A stretch of DNA of 64,000 nt, from assembly GCF_008831285.2 (NCBI RefSeq), contig NC_045138.2:4402001-4466000 (forward strand). The letters run 5' to 3'. This DNA comes from Nymphaea colorata. Taxonomy: Eukaryota. Shown here one piece after another: positions 51,351-63,775 of the stretch. The translations under genes were made by a program, and so were the position numbers. The notes beneath the pieces were generated by a model, which saw only the letters and a list, made by a program, of their open reading frames with translations, was not told where the DNA came from and searched no databases. Each line of letters opens with the position of its first letter. Within the stretch, counting starts at the first letter, position 1.

Positions 51351-54045
51351 TGATGTTTTAGACATTTGCAATGAGCATGTACTTCAATTCATTTAGAAGG
51401 TAATTTTCTGTACTTAGCTCCATTGGGGACTTCTTTTTGGAAAATTGGGTGAGAATTAAGGAAGTAGGAGGCACCACTCGAGTCGCATCGAGTCGGGTGC
51501 GCACCAGACATGGTTACGGCTCCGACTCACACTCAGGCCCAGTTAGAATGTCGTATTACAAAATTACTTATATAATATATATAATAAATTAATAATAATA
51601 ATAATAATAAAATACCATTAGCGCACCATTGCACCTAATTTTTTTGGAATGTGCTGCTCCGACATGTGCATTCGCACCCGCACCCGGCACTCAGGTGACA
51701 TAGCTTTTCCCTTCTTAATGTTGTTCTTTTGTCTCTTTCTTATTATTCCATTTCAAATAGTTTGATATCCAATTACTTATTCTACTAAGTACTTTTTATG
51801 TCTGTGATGGTAAGCAAGAACAATCACAGGGCATAAGAGAACTGCTGATATTAATCCTTAGCAGATGTCATTAGCACACTAATTCGTTATTTATCACCTA
51901 AATGGTGTTCCCTTAGGATTCTATCAATAAGGTGTATGATATCGTAGAATATCTTAAATTGCTTCTTTGGTTATCTAATTCCAGATTCTCATCGAACTGG
52001 GTTTTAAGCTTCACATAATTTTCCTTGCCTACCTTGAATTCAAGTAATTGAAAGTTAAAACCAGTGTTAGAGATATCAGTATATATCAGAAGATTTTTAT
52101 ATTTCTTGCAATATTTACAAGAAAATCAAATAAAACAGTAATTGTTAAACGCTCAATTTTAGAAATTATAATATTCAGTGTAATTGTACAAATATCAGCA
52201 CTATTGTTGCCTTGATCAGTTTTTCGTAACAAGATCAATATATAGTTTCTCATCATTTTTTATTTCTTCTAAATATATGTACAATTACCAAAAACATTGT
52301 CAGTATGCATTTTATGAAAATTCAAAATGCCGCCTAAAGGTCGGATAATAAACAAGCACTGCCCAAAATTTGGATAATTAGGAACCGCTGCTGGGGCAAA
52401 AAACTAATGCCCAGCATGTAGAAGGCGGAGCAGTCACGCAGCGGCTACTTTCGCCAGTCTCTCTCTCTCACCGTTTCATTTTCGCACCGGCCGACCGTAC
52501 TTGCAGGTATATCTCTTTCTCGATTGAGGGCCGGCGTCGCTCTCTTCGTCTGTCTCTTTGTATCTCTCTCCGGCCAGGAAGTCCATCCGACTTGCCCTCT
52601 CTCTCTCCCCCTCTCTTTTACCGTCGAGGAAGGGCAGCGCCTTCCCCCACTCTCTCGCTTGCTTTATCTTGTTCTCTCTGATGCAAACAGGGGTGCTGCT
52701 CCTCCCTTTTCCTTTCAGTTTCTCCTGGAGCATGTGTTTCACTTATTTATTATTTTTGAAATGTGCTTTTGTTTTCTCTTTTGTTAAGTCTTGAGTTAGT
52801 AGGCTGCTCTCCTTTGTTGGTCTTGTAGGTGATTCAACGAGATGTTAAAGTGTAGAGGAATTTGTTTAGAATAGTGCTTTCATTTTAAATAAAATCTATT
52901 TTTGCGAGTATAATTAGAAATTGCTAATCTCTTTTTAAGTCAGAATTTGTTTAAACAAAATCTGTTTGGGTTAGTCCTTCGGAGTTTGCTAATTCTTTCC
53001 GTGTAGACATTGCTAGTCATGGCACCAAATTTGTTGACTAGCTAGTAACTGGTCATGGTAATGGGTTCTCCCAGCACTTCCACCTGCATGACTTTCTATT
53101 TTCGGCTGAATATGGTGCTCAACATAGATATTCATGTCTAGTATTTCCTAGCTTCAATTGAGATTTTAGTCCATGAATTAAGTGATAGTTTTTCGTATTA
53201 TTTAAGTGTTCTCCGATAACATACTGTTATAGGATGTTGGCATGCATGTTTGCATATGATCATGTCAGCTCTTCGATAAGATGTGTTATTACAATGGCAC
53301 AGCCAAATTATGCATGAAACTACATTTACTGGCTGTGCGTGCAACTGCAGCTTCATTGAAGCCAATTTAGGTATCCATTGGGCATTGGAATATCACCAGA
53401 AACAGGCCCTTAAGAACTGTTAAAAAGTGTTGCAGTGTTTCAGAAACCAATAAGGAGGTACTTTTGCTTGGTTACCTAGGTTGATTTCAAGTTTTTAATG
53501 TTTAGCTGCTGATATAGTTGCCAAAACATTTGGTGCTGTGGTCATGGATTGGTTGTGCTATTGAACTACATATAGAAGGCATTGCTAAGACAGGATGCTA
53601 GGACAAAAGATTTTTTGCATATAGAAGGTATTCCTAACTAATCCTAATTCCTAAGATATGTCGGTTTGTGGATAACCTCACATTTGTTTGGATTGTTTTT
53701 CAATCTGTTTTCTTGATTGTGGATATAACTTTGCATGTGAATACAACTTGGCTGCGGTTTACATTGGACTATGTGTATAAGATGATTAATATGAGATAAA
53801 TGTGCTTTTTATATTGTTGTCTACTTAAATATTTGTTGTTTTAGTGGGTTTTTTATTTTTTTTTCATTCTTTTTACAGATATCATAAAATTTACTATCTT
53901 GATCCTGAAGCTTACACTTCAATGCCTTAAGCTGTATGCGTCGCTTCCTGATAAATTCAATGCTTTAACAACATTGGTCATTGCTGACAGCAACCTCACA
54001 CTGCATCACTGTCCCTGCAGCTCTTAGTCATTGGTCACAGGTTCA

Positions 54046-54894
54046 ATGGGCCATGTTACGGGTCAGGTTGTATCATCAGAAACCGTCTCTCTTTCGTTGG
54101 TTTCCTCCATCTTCAAACGATTCCTCTCCGCTGACAATGGCACTAGTGCTGAGGTCTTCGCTTGCCTCAAACGGTCGTCTGCTGCTGTCGATGAGCTCAT
54201 TCAGGTCAAATCTAAAGGTGGTGCTGAAGGAGACCAATGCACTGGTCATGAGACCTTAGAGAAGAAGGCATCTCGTGATGGGCATGGTGGGAGTGAATCC
54301 AAAAAGCAACTAGGCCTTGAGGGAGACATTGTAGATGCCAAAAGGGGCAGTAAGTCTGACAAGCTCGGGAAGGTAGTTTGGAGAGAACATGCAGGACACC
54401 AGCAAAGTGTAGATGGGGATAAGAGACCAAGATCAAAGCACTCGCAAAGCGAAGTGGTGGGCTTGGATGATCCTATGAAGGGCCATAGGCATAAGAAACG
54501 TGAGAAAAACCTAGAAAGCTTAGATGGGAGTCACCAGCCAGATTCCCTAGGGAGGGATTCTGGCAAAGAGCAAAAGGAAAGGGAGGATGAGGCTCCGGAG
54601 AACGAACGTGGGGAGAAGCACAAGATGCGCCATAAAGTTCACCATGTCATGGATCACAACATGCCAACAAATGAGCTTGAGAAAGAGCTGAGGCAAAAGC
54701 ACGTGAAAGAACCTAGTAAAAGGGACAACAGATACCAACAAGTTCAAGAAGTTGCACAATTTGGAGATCCAACAGCAGGTATTGTCAATGGTGAGACAGA
54801 AAAGAAAAAGAAGAGGAAGAAAGAGATTGGAGAAGGGGAAGATGGAGGGCAGGAGAATGAGCTGCATAGGGACAAGAAAAAAAGAAGGAAATAA
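54046..54894 (+). CDS. Uncharacterised 282-aa protein: conserved ~55-aa N-terminal domain plus Lys/Glu-rich disordered tail with NLS-like ends
   Basis: Single-exon ORF MGHVTGQVVSSETVSLSLVSSIFKRFLSADNGTSAEVFACLKRSSAAVDEL...KKKKRKK...DKKKRRK. The N-terminus resembles a plant family I recall as MKTVTGRVVS..PISLSKAA..LS.F.SSDNGAS..V.AYLRRAS.AF.EL. A probable leader exon ends at 52506 (CAG|GTATAT), with acceptors at 53878 and 54020. Confidence 0.8.
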   Translation: MGHVTGQVVSSETVSLSLVSSIFKRFLSADNGTSAEVFACLKRSSAAVDELIQVKSKGGAEGDQCTGHETLEKKASRDGHGGSESKKQLGLEGDIVDAKRGSKSDKLGKVVWREHAGHQQSVDGDKRPRSKHSQSEVVGLDDPMKGHRHKKREKNLESLDGSHQPDSLGRDSGKEQKEREDEAPENERGEKHKMRHKVHHVMDHNMPTNELEKELRQKHVKEPSKRDNRYQQVQEVAQFGDPTAGIVNGETEKKKKRKKEIGEGEDGGQENELHRDKKKRRK

Positions 54895-57623
54895 AACCAG
54901 GAGCTTCAACACTGATGACCCTTTTTCATGGTTCCACCTCTCTGAGAGGTTTCCAGTACTCGTTTTTATTTTCCCTTCTGAGTTTCTGGTTTACCAAAGA
55001 AAATACAAGGTTGATATTAACTTCATGTATTACAATTCTAAGGTGCAAAGTGGCTCTCAGTTATGATTTTTATAATTATGAATGGCAGTTATGTCTTCTG
55101 CTGTTACCAGATAAACAATTACTTGTTTGTAATTTCCCCTTGCTATGTTATTGACTTATTGGCCTGTTTTGCTGCCAGATTGCCTGATATCAAACTTGTG
55201 CAATTCTTTTGTCAGTTACAGGTGAAACTGGCTCATTCCACACCCATTTTGCTGCCAAGTTTGTTCCATCAGACAAAGCCACTGTTTTACATGTAAGATG
55301 GAATTGATTGGAACCTAAAACATGGCAGCCTACTTGTACTAATTTCTTGGTGGTGGCATTTGATTCATGGTGTTTGAATGAGAAATGCTCTACATATAGT
55401 TCTAAATTTCTAAGTTCGACGATCTGGCCCTTGAGTAGAAAAAGGAAAAAAGAGTAGTATATTTTTTTTGACTTGGGACATTCACAAAATGTTCTAATGC
55501 CAAAAAACCCATAAAGGTGTAAAACTTGCTTTTGGTACCTTAGAGTGATGTTTATGTTTTAACTTGCATATTGATCTGCCTTTTTAGCAACATAAGAAGT
55601 CAACGTAACAGGAGCTCAATACAAAGACTGGCCGCTTGCGAGCCTCTACCTCTCTGTTGTGCTTGTTAAGGGTAAAGATCAAGTTTCAATTTTAAAAGTT
55701 TTTTATTCCATAGAAATGACAGGCATAACTTAAGGAGATGCACATTGCCATCAATTTTGATTTCATTCTCTTTTCTGTATTTAATGTTGATGTATCCTTT
55801 ATTTGAGGAATGTTTATCTTTCCTACATATGTAAAAGCCTTTGTAACATTTTGTAAAGTTAATCTTTTGATAAATACAACAACGAAGCTCGAATTAGGTG
55901 TGCCAGTCTCTTTTCAGTTTTCATTTTGTCTTTGATCCAAACCACTTCATGGTATGAGAGTCATTGAAGCTCTAACGCAGATCGGTTATTCAATTTGTCA
56001 TGTGTGTGTTCTGAAGTTATGACAATCAATTCCAGCACTCAATAGTATTCTGCTCAATGGAATGCTGCATCAGTCTAATTTCGGTGAAGCTAGAAAAAAC
56101 AATGTACCTACTCTGGTGAAACCACATCCAATCCATGTGAGGTCTCAAGGGTTGCTGAAGTTTGTCGATGGCACAAGTTCAGCACCATCTCAGTTTATTG
56201 AGAAAGAAAACAATAAGTGAGAAATTCCATCCTATAAAGAATGAGAGCGACTATTTCTGAGCAAGTCTTGGGCCAGATTCTTCATGTTGCAACACCCCGA
56301 GAAGCATGGGAAGACCTGGAACAATCTTACGACACACAATATCCTTTGCGCATTCATGTTTCTCAAGCAAGTAAGAAGCTAAACTTCATATAAAAAGAGT
56401 CTTCTTATATGATTACCTACCTATATTGAATCAAGTCCATTGCCAACCCATTAGCAGTTGTGGATCATAAAGTGCCAAATTCTAATCTTGTTCAGATTAC
56501 TCTGAATGATATGTCAGAAGAGTATGAAGGCTTTATATCATAAAGTGCCAAATTCTTTGGTGGAGAAACTCACGTTCTCCAATCTATATGGTATTCTCTC
56601 GAACAAAGAAAAGAGAGTACAGTTATTGAATCTGGAGGCCATAGTGGCTTCTAAAAACACGCAAGTAACCTTTGTAACTTACAAAGGTTGTGGGCGAGGC
56701 AACTTCTAAGAAGGACATGGTGGTCGATTTCAATCACATGCAAAGCCTAACATCAGCTGAGGAAAAACGTCAAAAGAGGGTCCAAATAAGAACACTCAAG
56801 GCAATTTGTTGTATGTCAGTATTGTGTGTGAGAAAGACACACAGCAAGGTCATGTTGGGATATTCCACAAGCATCTTCTGCAATGACTCTTGATGAAGTA
56901 AAGGATGAGGTGTGGAACCGTAATAAGGGTGCAACAAATCATATCACAAATGATAGATATCAGCTCATGAACAAACCATATGATCTCGGTGGTGAAGGTA
57001 TAGTCATTGGTAATTAATGACAATAAAACTCCTACTTCTCAAGTTGGCTCGATATCCTTTCATTATGGATCTTCAACTTTTAGTCTAATCCAAGTCTTGC
57101 AAGCGCATGAATCACCAAAAATGAAACAAAAATCATGGTTAGATGCATTTTAGACTGCTGTTTATATTATAATTAGACTGTCAAGGAAATGTGCCTTGTT
57201 TGTATTTCATCAAAAACCAAGTTATGATCATTTCTGTGTGTTTGGGTCAAATATGATATCTAGTTTTGACTGCTTATAACTCCAACAAGTTTGAACCAAG
57301 AACTAAACCGAGTTTCTTTATTGGGTATGGAGTGAAACACAAGAATTATCTTTGTTATGAACCTAATTCAAAGAAATTATTATTTGTCATGTATTCTTTA
57401 ATGAAAATCGTTTTCGATCGGATCAAGATAGGTCAACTCAAAACCGTTTGGATGTCATTGAGCCAACATAGTGGGGAATTTTGCTTCCCACCTTAATGAA
57501 TAGCAGCACTCATGAACATCAATGCGAACCTCAAAATGCATTCGCAAATGCAACTGATTGCCCATCTCTTAACCTACCTCATAGCCCTCAACCCTCTATT
57601 ACATCATTTAGGTCACCTAAAAC

Positions 57624-57819
57624 CGGGAGCCGAGGGAAGGGGGGGCCGCCTAGGCCATGGCCCCACCCCAGCCAATGATTTTTTTTTTTATATTGAAAAA
57701 AATAATATTTTTAATTGCGTAATGTATTTTTTGTATTAGAATTTAGTTTGGTCCTACCCGGATCCAGAGGTCAGACTGCCGGCCGGCCGCCCCTGAAGAA
57801 AATCCTGGCTCTGCCCCTG
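57624..57819. mobile_element. hAT-type MITE nested in the old copia
   Basis: Perfect 8-bp TSD CCTAAAAC at 57616-57623 and 57820-57827. The 3' end is GCTCTGCCCCTG. Same family as 59837-60011. Confidence 0.85.
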
Positions 57820-59238
57820 CCTAAAACCAACCACCATAGTGTCACCAAGTCTACCATCACCATCCACCTCAAATGAGAGTATCTCATCACAAGCCACCTC
57901 ACAGGAACCTATACTAGCTGAAGCCTCTATGAAGTATCTTGACATCCACCATGTTTCCTTACACAACCCACCACCACCTAACCATGTATATATAAAATGG
58001 TGACCCAGTCCATGAACAGGTCCCTTAAACTTAAGATTTTTGTTGCTGAAATATCTGCCTTAGACCTCAAAAATAGTGAATCGACCTCATACATGGAAGC
58101 TACCTAGGTTCATGAGTGGTGAGCAATAATGGATAAGAAATTTCATGCTCTATAGAAAAATGGAACCAGGAAATTAGTTGCTCCTCAGCCTCACTTCAAT
58201 GTGATCCCCTCTAAATGGGTCTATAAACTCAAGTATAATAATTCAGATGGATCCATCTCTAGACACAAGGAAGGTTTGGTCGCTCGGGATTTCTCAAGAA
58301 GCTGGAGTGGACTTCCTATAGGCTTTTAGCCAAGTTGTTAAAGGGACCTCTATTTGAATTATCTTTTCTTTGGCAGGCCAATATAAATGGGATATTTGGC
58401 AGCTAGATTTTGATAGTGCATTTTGCAAGGCGGACATCTATATGCTTTAGCCAAAGGGATATGTTGATAAGTAATTTCCTTCTTATGTCTGTAAACTTGA
58501 CAAAGCCCTCTATGGGTTGAAATAGGCTCCAAGATCTTGGTATATGCAGTTAAGTGTGAGTTTCTTCTTAACCATAGATTTCATATATTTCAGTTGATGT
58601 TTCACAAATATCACATTTACATGATAGTGTATGTTGACGATATCATCATCACAGGAGCCTCTAGTTCAACCTTCAGAGTATAATATGTGAGCTGAAAAAA
58701 ATGCTTTTCGATCAAAGACATTGGATGCATCTCTTACTCTCTAGGGTTAGAAGTTCTATATCATGAAGATGAGATCTTGCTATGTTAGACAAATGATCTT
58801 AGAAATATTTTTACGCGAATCAAAATGGACAATGCAAATGAAGAAATCAGTCCCACAAGGTCATCCAATTGCACAAAGAAGGTGAGTAGATGAATAAAAA
58901 TCAACTGGTGGGTGTAGAATTTTGTTGGGAGATAATGTTGTCACTTGGTGTTCCAGGAAGCAAAAAGACAGTTGCTTTGTCCTGGAGGGGCTGTTGAACT
59001 TATTTGGATTCAATCTCTACTACTCAAGGAGCTAGGATTTCATACATTTTCAGCCCTCGTATTATGGTGTGATACTTAGGAGCATTGTATTTGGTGTCAA
59101 ATCTAGTTTTTTCAGCACAAACAAAACATCTTTCATTGATTTCCATTTTGTCTTAGATCGCGTCCATAAAGGTAATGTTTTTGTGGAGTTTAATAGGACA
59201 TCTGACCAGTTTAGATGTAACCTGAGCATTGTTGACAT

Positions 59239-59468
59239 CATTGTCACAAAAATGTGTATCATTAAAAAAAAATGCATATTAGACATAAAACGGCAATTAG
59301 ACATGTCTTTTTGAAAAAAATGCCAGAAAATAAAGAACGTGAAAAAATGCATATTATACTTGTTTTTTAAAAAATTTGCTGAGATTTTCTTGAGATATAC
59401 AACTTTGTCATATTAAACCCGAGAAATTCTTCGTCGTATAATACCTGTACATGATATATGTGACAATG
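59239..59468. mobile_element. hAT-type MITE nested at the 3' end of the old copia pol
   Basis: TIRs CATTGTCACA ... TGTGACAATG with TSD GTTGACAT/GTTGACAC (7/8). Confidence 0.8.
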
Positions 59469-59836
59469 GTTGACACTATGCCCAGATTGAAGGGGAAGGA
59501 TAAGGATGAAGTTTCAATTTTAACGGATTTTTATTCTATAAAAATGTTAGGCATAACCTAAGGAGATACACATTCCATCAGTTTTGTTTCCTTCCTTTTG
59601 CGATGCAACTTGAGAGGGCAAAAGGCCCCCCAACCCTTTTTATTGATCCAAAAAGTAGATGGGATAGATACAAAAAGGGATATACAGACAAGAATGTGGC
59701 AGCAAGGGGCAAGAAGAACAAACCAAAGTCTTGCAGGTGGTGCCCTACATCATCCCATCAAGTCAAAATTCCTACAGCTTGAACTGAAGCATCTCCTAAG
59801 AAGGGTTGTGTCGGAGAAAAAAAAAGCCAAAGGAGT

Positions 59837-60011
59837 TAGGGGCGGAGGGTGGGGGGCTCACCTGGGTCATGGCCCCGCCCCATCGATTTTTTTTTAAAAA
59901 ATACATTGAAAAAATTGAAAATTTTTAGTTGCGCAATATATTGTTTGGATTCAAGTTCAGATGTTGGAGTATTTGGTTGGCCCCTGAAAAAAATCCTTGC
60001 TCCGCCCCCTG
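59837..60011. mobile_element. hAT-type MITE inside an insertion that splits the old 3' LTR
   Basis: Ends TAGGGGCGGAG ... CTCCGCCCCCTG with TSD AAAGGAGT/AAAGCAGT (7/8). Confidence 0.8.
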
Positions 60012-61022
60012 AAAGCAGTGAGCCTGAAGCAAAAAGAAGCCGAAACCATATATCATACCTTTGATGTTTTATTGTTGTAAACTCTTATCATCTATATGAG
60101 GAATGTTTATCTTTCAATCATCTGTAAAAATCTTTGTAATACTCTGTGAAGTTAATCTCTTGATAAATAGAGCAATAAAGCTAGTTGAGGTATGTGAGTC
60201 CCTTTTCAGTTTTCATTTTGTCTCTGATCCAAAACTCTTTAGCACCAACCCCTTCAGGGATAATCTAATTTCAGCTAACTGGCACCATTGATCATAAAAG
60301 GAAAAAAAAATCAATCATAAAACATTCACATATAAATAAAAATTGTGAGTGTCATTTTTGGTATTTATAAGATAATCAGTTTAATTGGAAAAAGAAACAA
60401 CTTATTAACATTCCACCCATGAATTTTAAAATTAAGTAAATTAAAGAAATGAAATTGAAAAAAAGAATCCTTGGGGAGATAGAGTGGGAGAGAAAATTTT
60501 AGTTATAAATAAATAAGAGAGACTAATCAATTGTAAGAACAATTAAGACATGTTTAATTGCATAAGTAGATGATTCTCGCGCAGGAAAACAACAAAAAAT
60601 GATAATTATTTTGAATATTCTGTTTTCTATTTCTCATCAGTAGTTATTTACACATCAAAATAAAACTGATTTTGTGAGCTTTTTCCAGCAAATTTTGAAC
60701 TAAGAAAAAATGTTTATATTGATTAATAAATCCATAAAAACATATTGCTAAAAACTGTTTTGTTTTAGACCAATTTGACAACACGACAGGCATTAAGAGT
60801 TAATTGTTACTGTTTATAAAAAATATTTACAAAGCTACCATGTAATTGAGTAAACAAAAAAATAAATATCATGTACCAAATGTCTGTATTGTAGTTCAGA
60901 TTTGTTTTAAATGCCGGACTCAAATCCAGATGTTAATCGAAAAGTCAGATTGAAGGAAACGAAGAAGAAGCAGATATTTGTTTAGTGAACTAATGAGTGC
61001 TTATTTGTTTCTCTCCTTCATG

Positions 61023-61302
61023 CTAAGTCACTGTGCAAGGGTTGTGGGTGCGGGTGCCAGTGCTGGTGTTGGCACGACACATTTAAAAAAATTTAGGTGC
61101 AGCAGTGTGGCGAGAGTATGTATTATTATATATTAACTTATTATTATAGTATATTAATAATATCAAATTTATTAAAAAAACGCAAAAAATAGACTGAAAT
61201 GAATAAAGTGCGGTTTAGATTCGAATCTAGGCCACACCCGCACCCGCTTCGACGTACCCGACGTGGGTGCGGCACCAGGTTTGCCGCACCCTGGTGACAG
61301 AG
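61023..61302. mobile_element. hAT-type MITE, CTATGTCAC family
   Basis: Ends CTAAGTCAC ... GTGACAGAG with perfect TSD CCTTCATG at 61015-61022 and 61303-61310, and GGTGCG/CGCACC subterminal repeats. Confidence 0.85.
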
Positions 61303-62440
61303 CCTTCATGTTTGTTTCTAGAAAGAGATTCAAATTCTTCTTATCATTGAACTAATGAGTGCTTCTTTTCAATCTAACAAGTTCGTTACCTAATCTTGGT
61401 GTCATCGGAACTTGAAATTTGTTTTTTATAATGCTAGTGTGAAAGGAAAGACGTTCTTATTAATTTGTTTGGGACATCGACACACGTAGTTTGGTATGGA
61501 TCTTGATTCAATAATAACGGTAAGCTACGTGTTGAGTTCAAACTAGTCTCGATTAAAGCTCAACTCGTTTGAATAAAATTAATATTCATCGTTACATGTT
61601 GAGCTCGAGCTTAACTCTATTAAGGCTCGACAAACTTGTAAACTCATTTGAATATATTGACTTGATTAACGCTCAACAAACTCGATTAAAGCTCGACCAC
61701 CCGGCAGTTACGTGTTGAGCTCGATTGAACGAGTCAACTCATGAACTCGAGTTTGACTCGTCAAGCAAATGACTCGGCTCAAACTCATTTACGAGCTGAG
61801 CTTTAACGTGTCGAGCTCGTTGTTCACCCATAACATCGAATTTGAGCTCATTAATGTTACTAGGCAAGAGTGGCAAAAGTTTGACCCTTAGGCCCATCCA
61901 AAACCTAGGCCTATTCTCAACATGTCTACTTAATAGGCTAAGTTTGGTTGGCACTTGCCCTGCCCTGCCCGTCTTGATGCTCAGTTCGGTTATAATAAAA
62001 AATAATTTTAAATATAATTTTTTTAAATATAAAATATTTTTAATAATAAATTATATATTTTTAATAAAATAAAAACATTTATTATTTATTATTGGGTCAA
62101 GTACCGGGTACCCAACTTGGATGCTCGCTCTAGGCATCTGTTGCTTAGTTTGATCTAGTGGTCTCATCCATGGTGGCTGCTTCTCCAACGACACAACCAC
62201 AATTATTATTATCACTACTACTATTACTACTATTTTTTATATTTTATTTTCCCTCATTTTTTTCTTTTTTAGTTATTATTATTATTATTATTTATTTGTT
62301 ATTTTTTTCAATATAGCAGACTGGGGGGAGTTTAACTGTTCATACATGAAACACGAGCTGGACAAGGATTCTCTGCCCTCTCTACAATTCACTTATTGTT
62401 GTATTATACATTTATTTATTTGGTTTGTTTCATGTTACCG

Positions 62441-62611
62441 CAGTGGCGGAGCCTTAAATTTTTTTGGCGGAAGGACATTATTTCAAAGATTTTCATTTTC
62501 TACAAGATACTAATATATATACAAAAAAATATTTAAAGGCACCTGTATGCAATAAAAGAAATTGGAATTGGTGTTGCCCACATCAACCAATAATATGTAG
62601 CTCTGCCACTG
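62441..62611. mobile_element. MITE with CAGTGGCGGAGC TIR
   Basis: CAGTGGCGGAGC ... GCTCTGCCACTG (11/12 inverted match). No TSD recognised. Confidence 0.6.
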
Positions 62612-63158
62612 GCCCACAGTGACTGAGGATGGTTGCAGGGCGCACGCCCGAGCGCAGCCTGCTCTGTTTGGGGCTGGAGTCAGGCCCAACCTTTTTTAGC
62701 CCGTGAGCTGCAACTGCTGCTCGGCCCGATGCTCAGTCCCAATTAAATCACTAAAGCCCCAACCAGGGTTAGTTTGAAAATTAGGAATGAAATAAAGTTA
62801 TGAGTTTACATGTAACTGACTCTGCCGACAAAGTTAGCCCGTAACCCAACCTGTATTTTACTGGGGCCAAGAGGGCCCATAACGGACGGCTTGGCCTTGA
62901 TGTGCTAGTTACCGGCTGACCTGACTTGATCAATGGCTAGTGACCAATGGCAGAACTACATGTAGGCTTTGTGTGGGAAGTTGCTCATAATTTTACAATT
63001 CATTTATTTATATATTGGTTGACCTACTAAGAACTTAAGAGCATGTTTTAGTGCTGTGCATGAAACCTTTCATTCGCCTAAAGTGCAGAGCTTACTTTCG
63101 GTGTCTCGAGGTGCTGCCCTTACCATGCTTCAACTTATATGTTAGTGTCCTCCCTTTA

Positions 63159-63656
63159 TTCTTTTTGTTGAACTGGAAGAGTATATCATCCTATCACCCT
63201 CAAAAGAGTCAAAACACTTGTCTAACATTTCATTCGCCTAAAGTGCAGAGCTTACTTTCGGTGTCTCGAGGTGCTGCCCTTACCATGCTTCAACTTATAT
63301 GTTAGTGTCCTTCCTTTAAAATACAAAGAGTTGATATTCTGATAACATGCTTCAACTTGCATATTTATTATTTATATATAACTTTATTCAATCATTTAAA
63401 TATATATTTGAATTGTGCTCAAAGTCCCTAATAAGGTTGGTTCAATGGTCAAGTAGTTGCCGTTTCGAATTATCAGAATATCAACTCTTTGTACTTTAAA
63501 GGGAGGACACTAACATATAAGTTGAAGCATGGTAAGGGCAGCACCTCGAGACACCGAAAGTAAGCTCTGCACTTTAGGCGAATGAAAGGTTAGACAAGTG
63601 TTTTGACTCTTTTGAGGGTGATAGGATGAAATACTCTTCCAGTTCAACAAAAAGAA
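63159..63656. repeat. Near-perfect inverted repeat: 187-bp arms, 124-bp loop
   Basis: Arm 63159-63345 versus the reverse complement of 63470-63656 shows 4 mismatches and no indels by manual comparison. An extra partial copy lies at 63064-63158. Confidence 0.95.
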
Positions 63657-63775
63657 AGAAGTATTTTATATAAAAATGAAGCTTTGTACTAATTTTTGAA
63701 AATTAGTGTAATTGAGTGTCACACCTAATCAATCATTTAAATATATATTTGAAGGACTTAGATTGTGCTTGAAAT

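Larger units (their letters stand above)
55664..60241 (+). mobile_element. Old degenerate Ty1/copia element with nested insertions
   Basis: 5' LTR 55664-55949 (TG..CA) is followed by PBS-like TGGTATGAGAG. Broken gag (GLLKFVDG), integrase (KFEPRTKPSFFIGYG..HKNYLCY), RT (KWVYKLK, VYVDDIIITG ~58625-58655) and RNaseH remnants carry many stops. The diverged 3' LTR is split into ~59496-59598 and ~60061-60241. Confidence 0.88.

Noticed and set aside
63051..63305. 84-aa ORF in the hairpin region
   Set aside because: GTG start, built from duplicated repeat pieces, and the frame is not conserved in the diverged copy.
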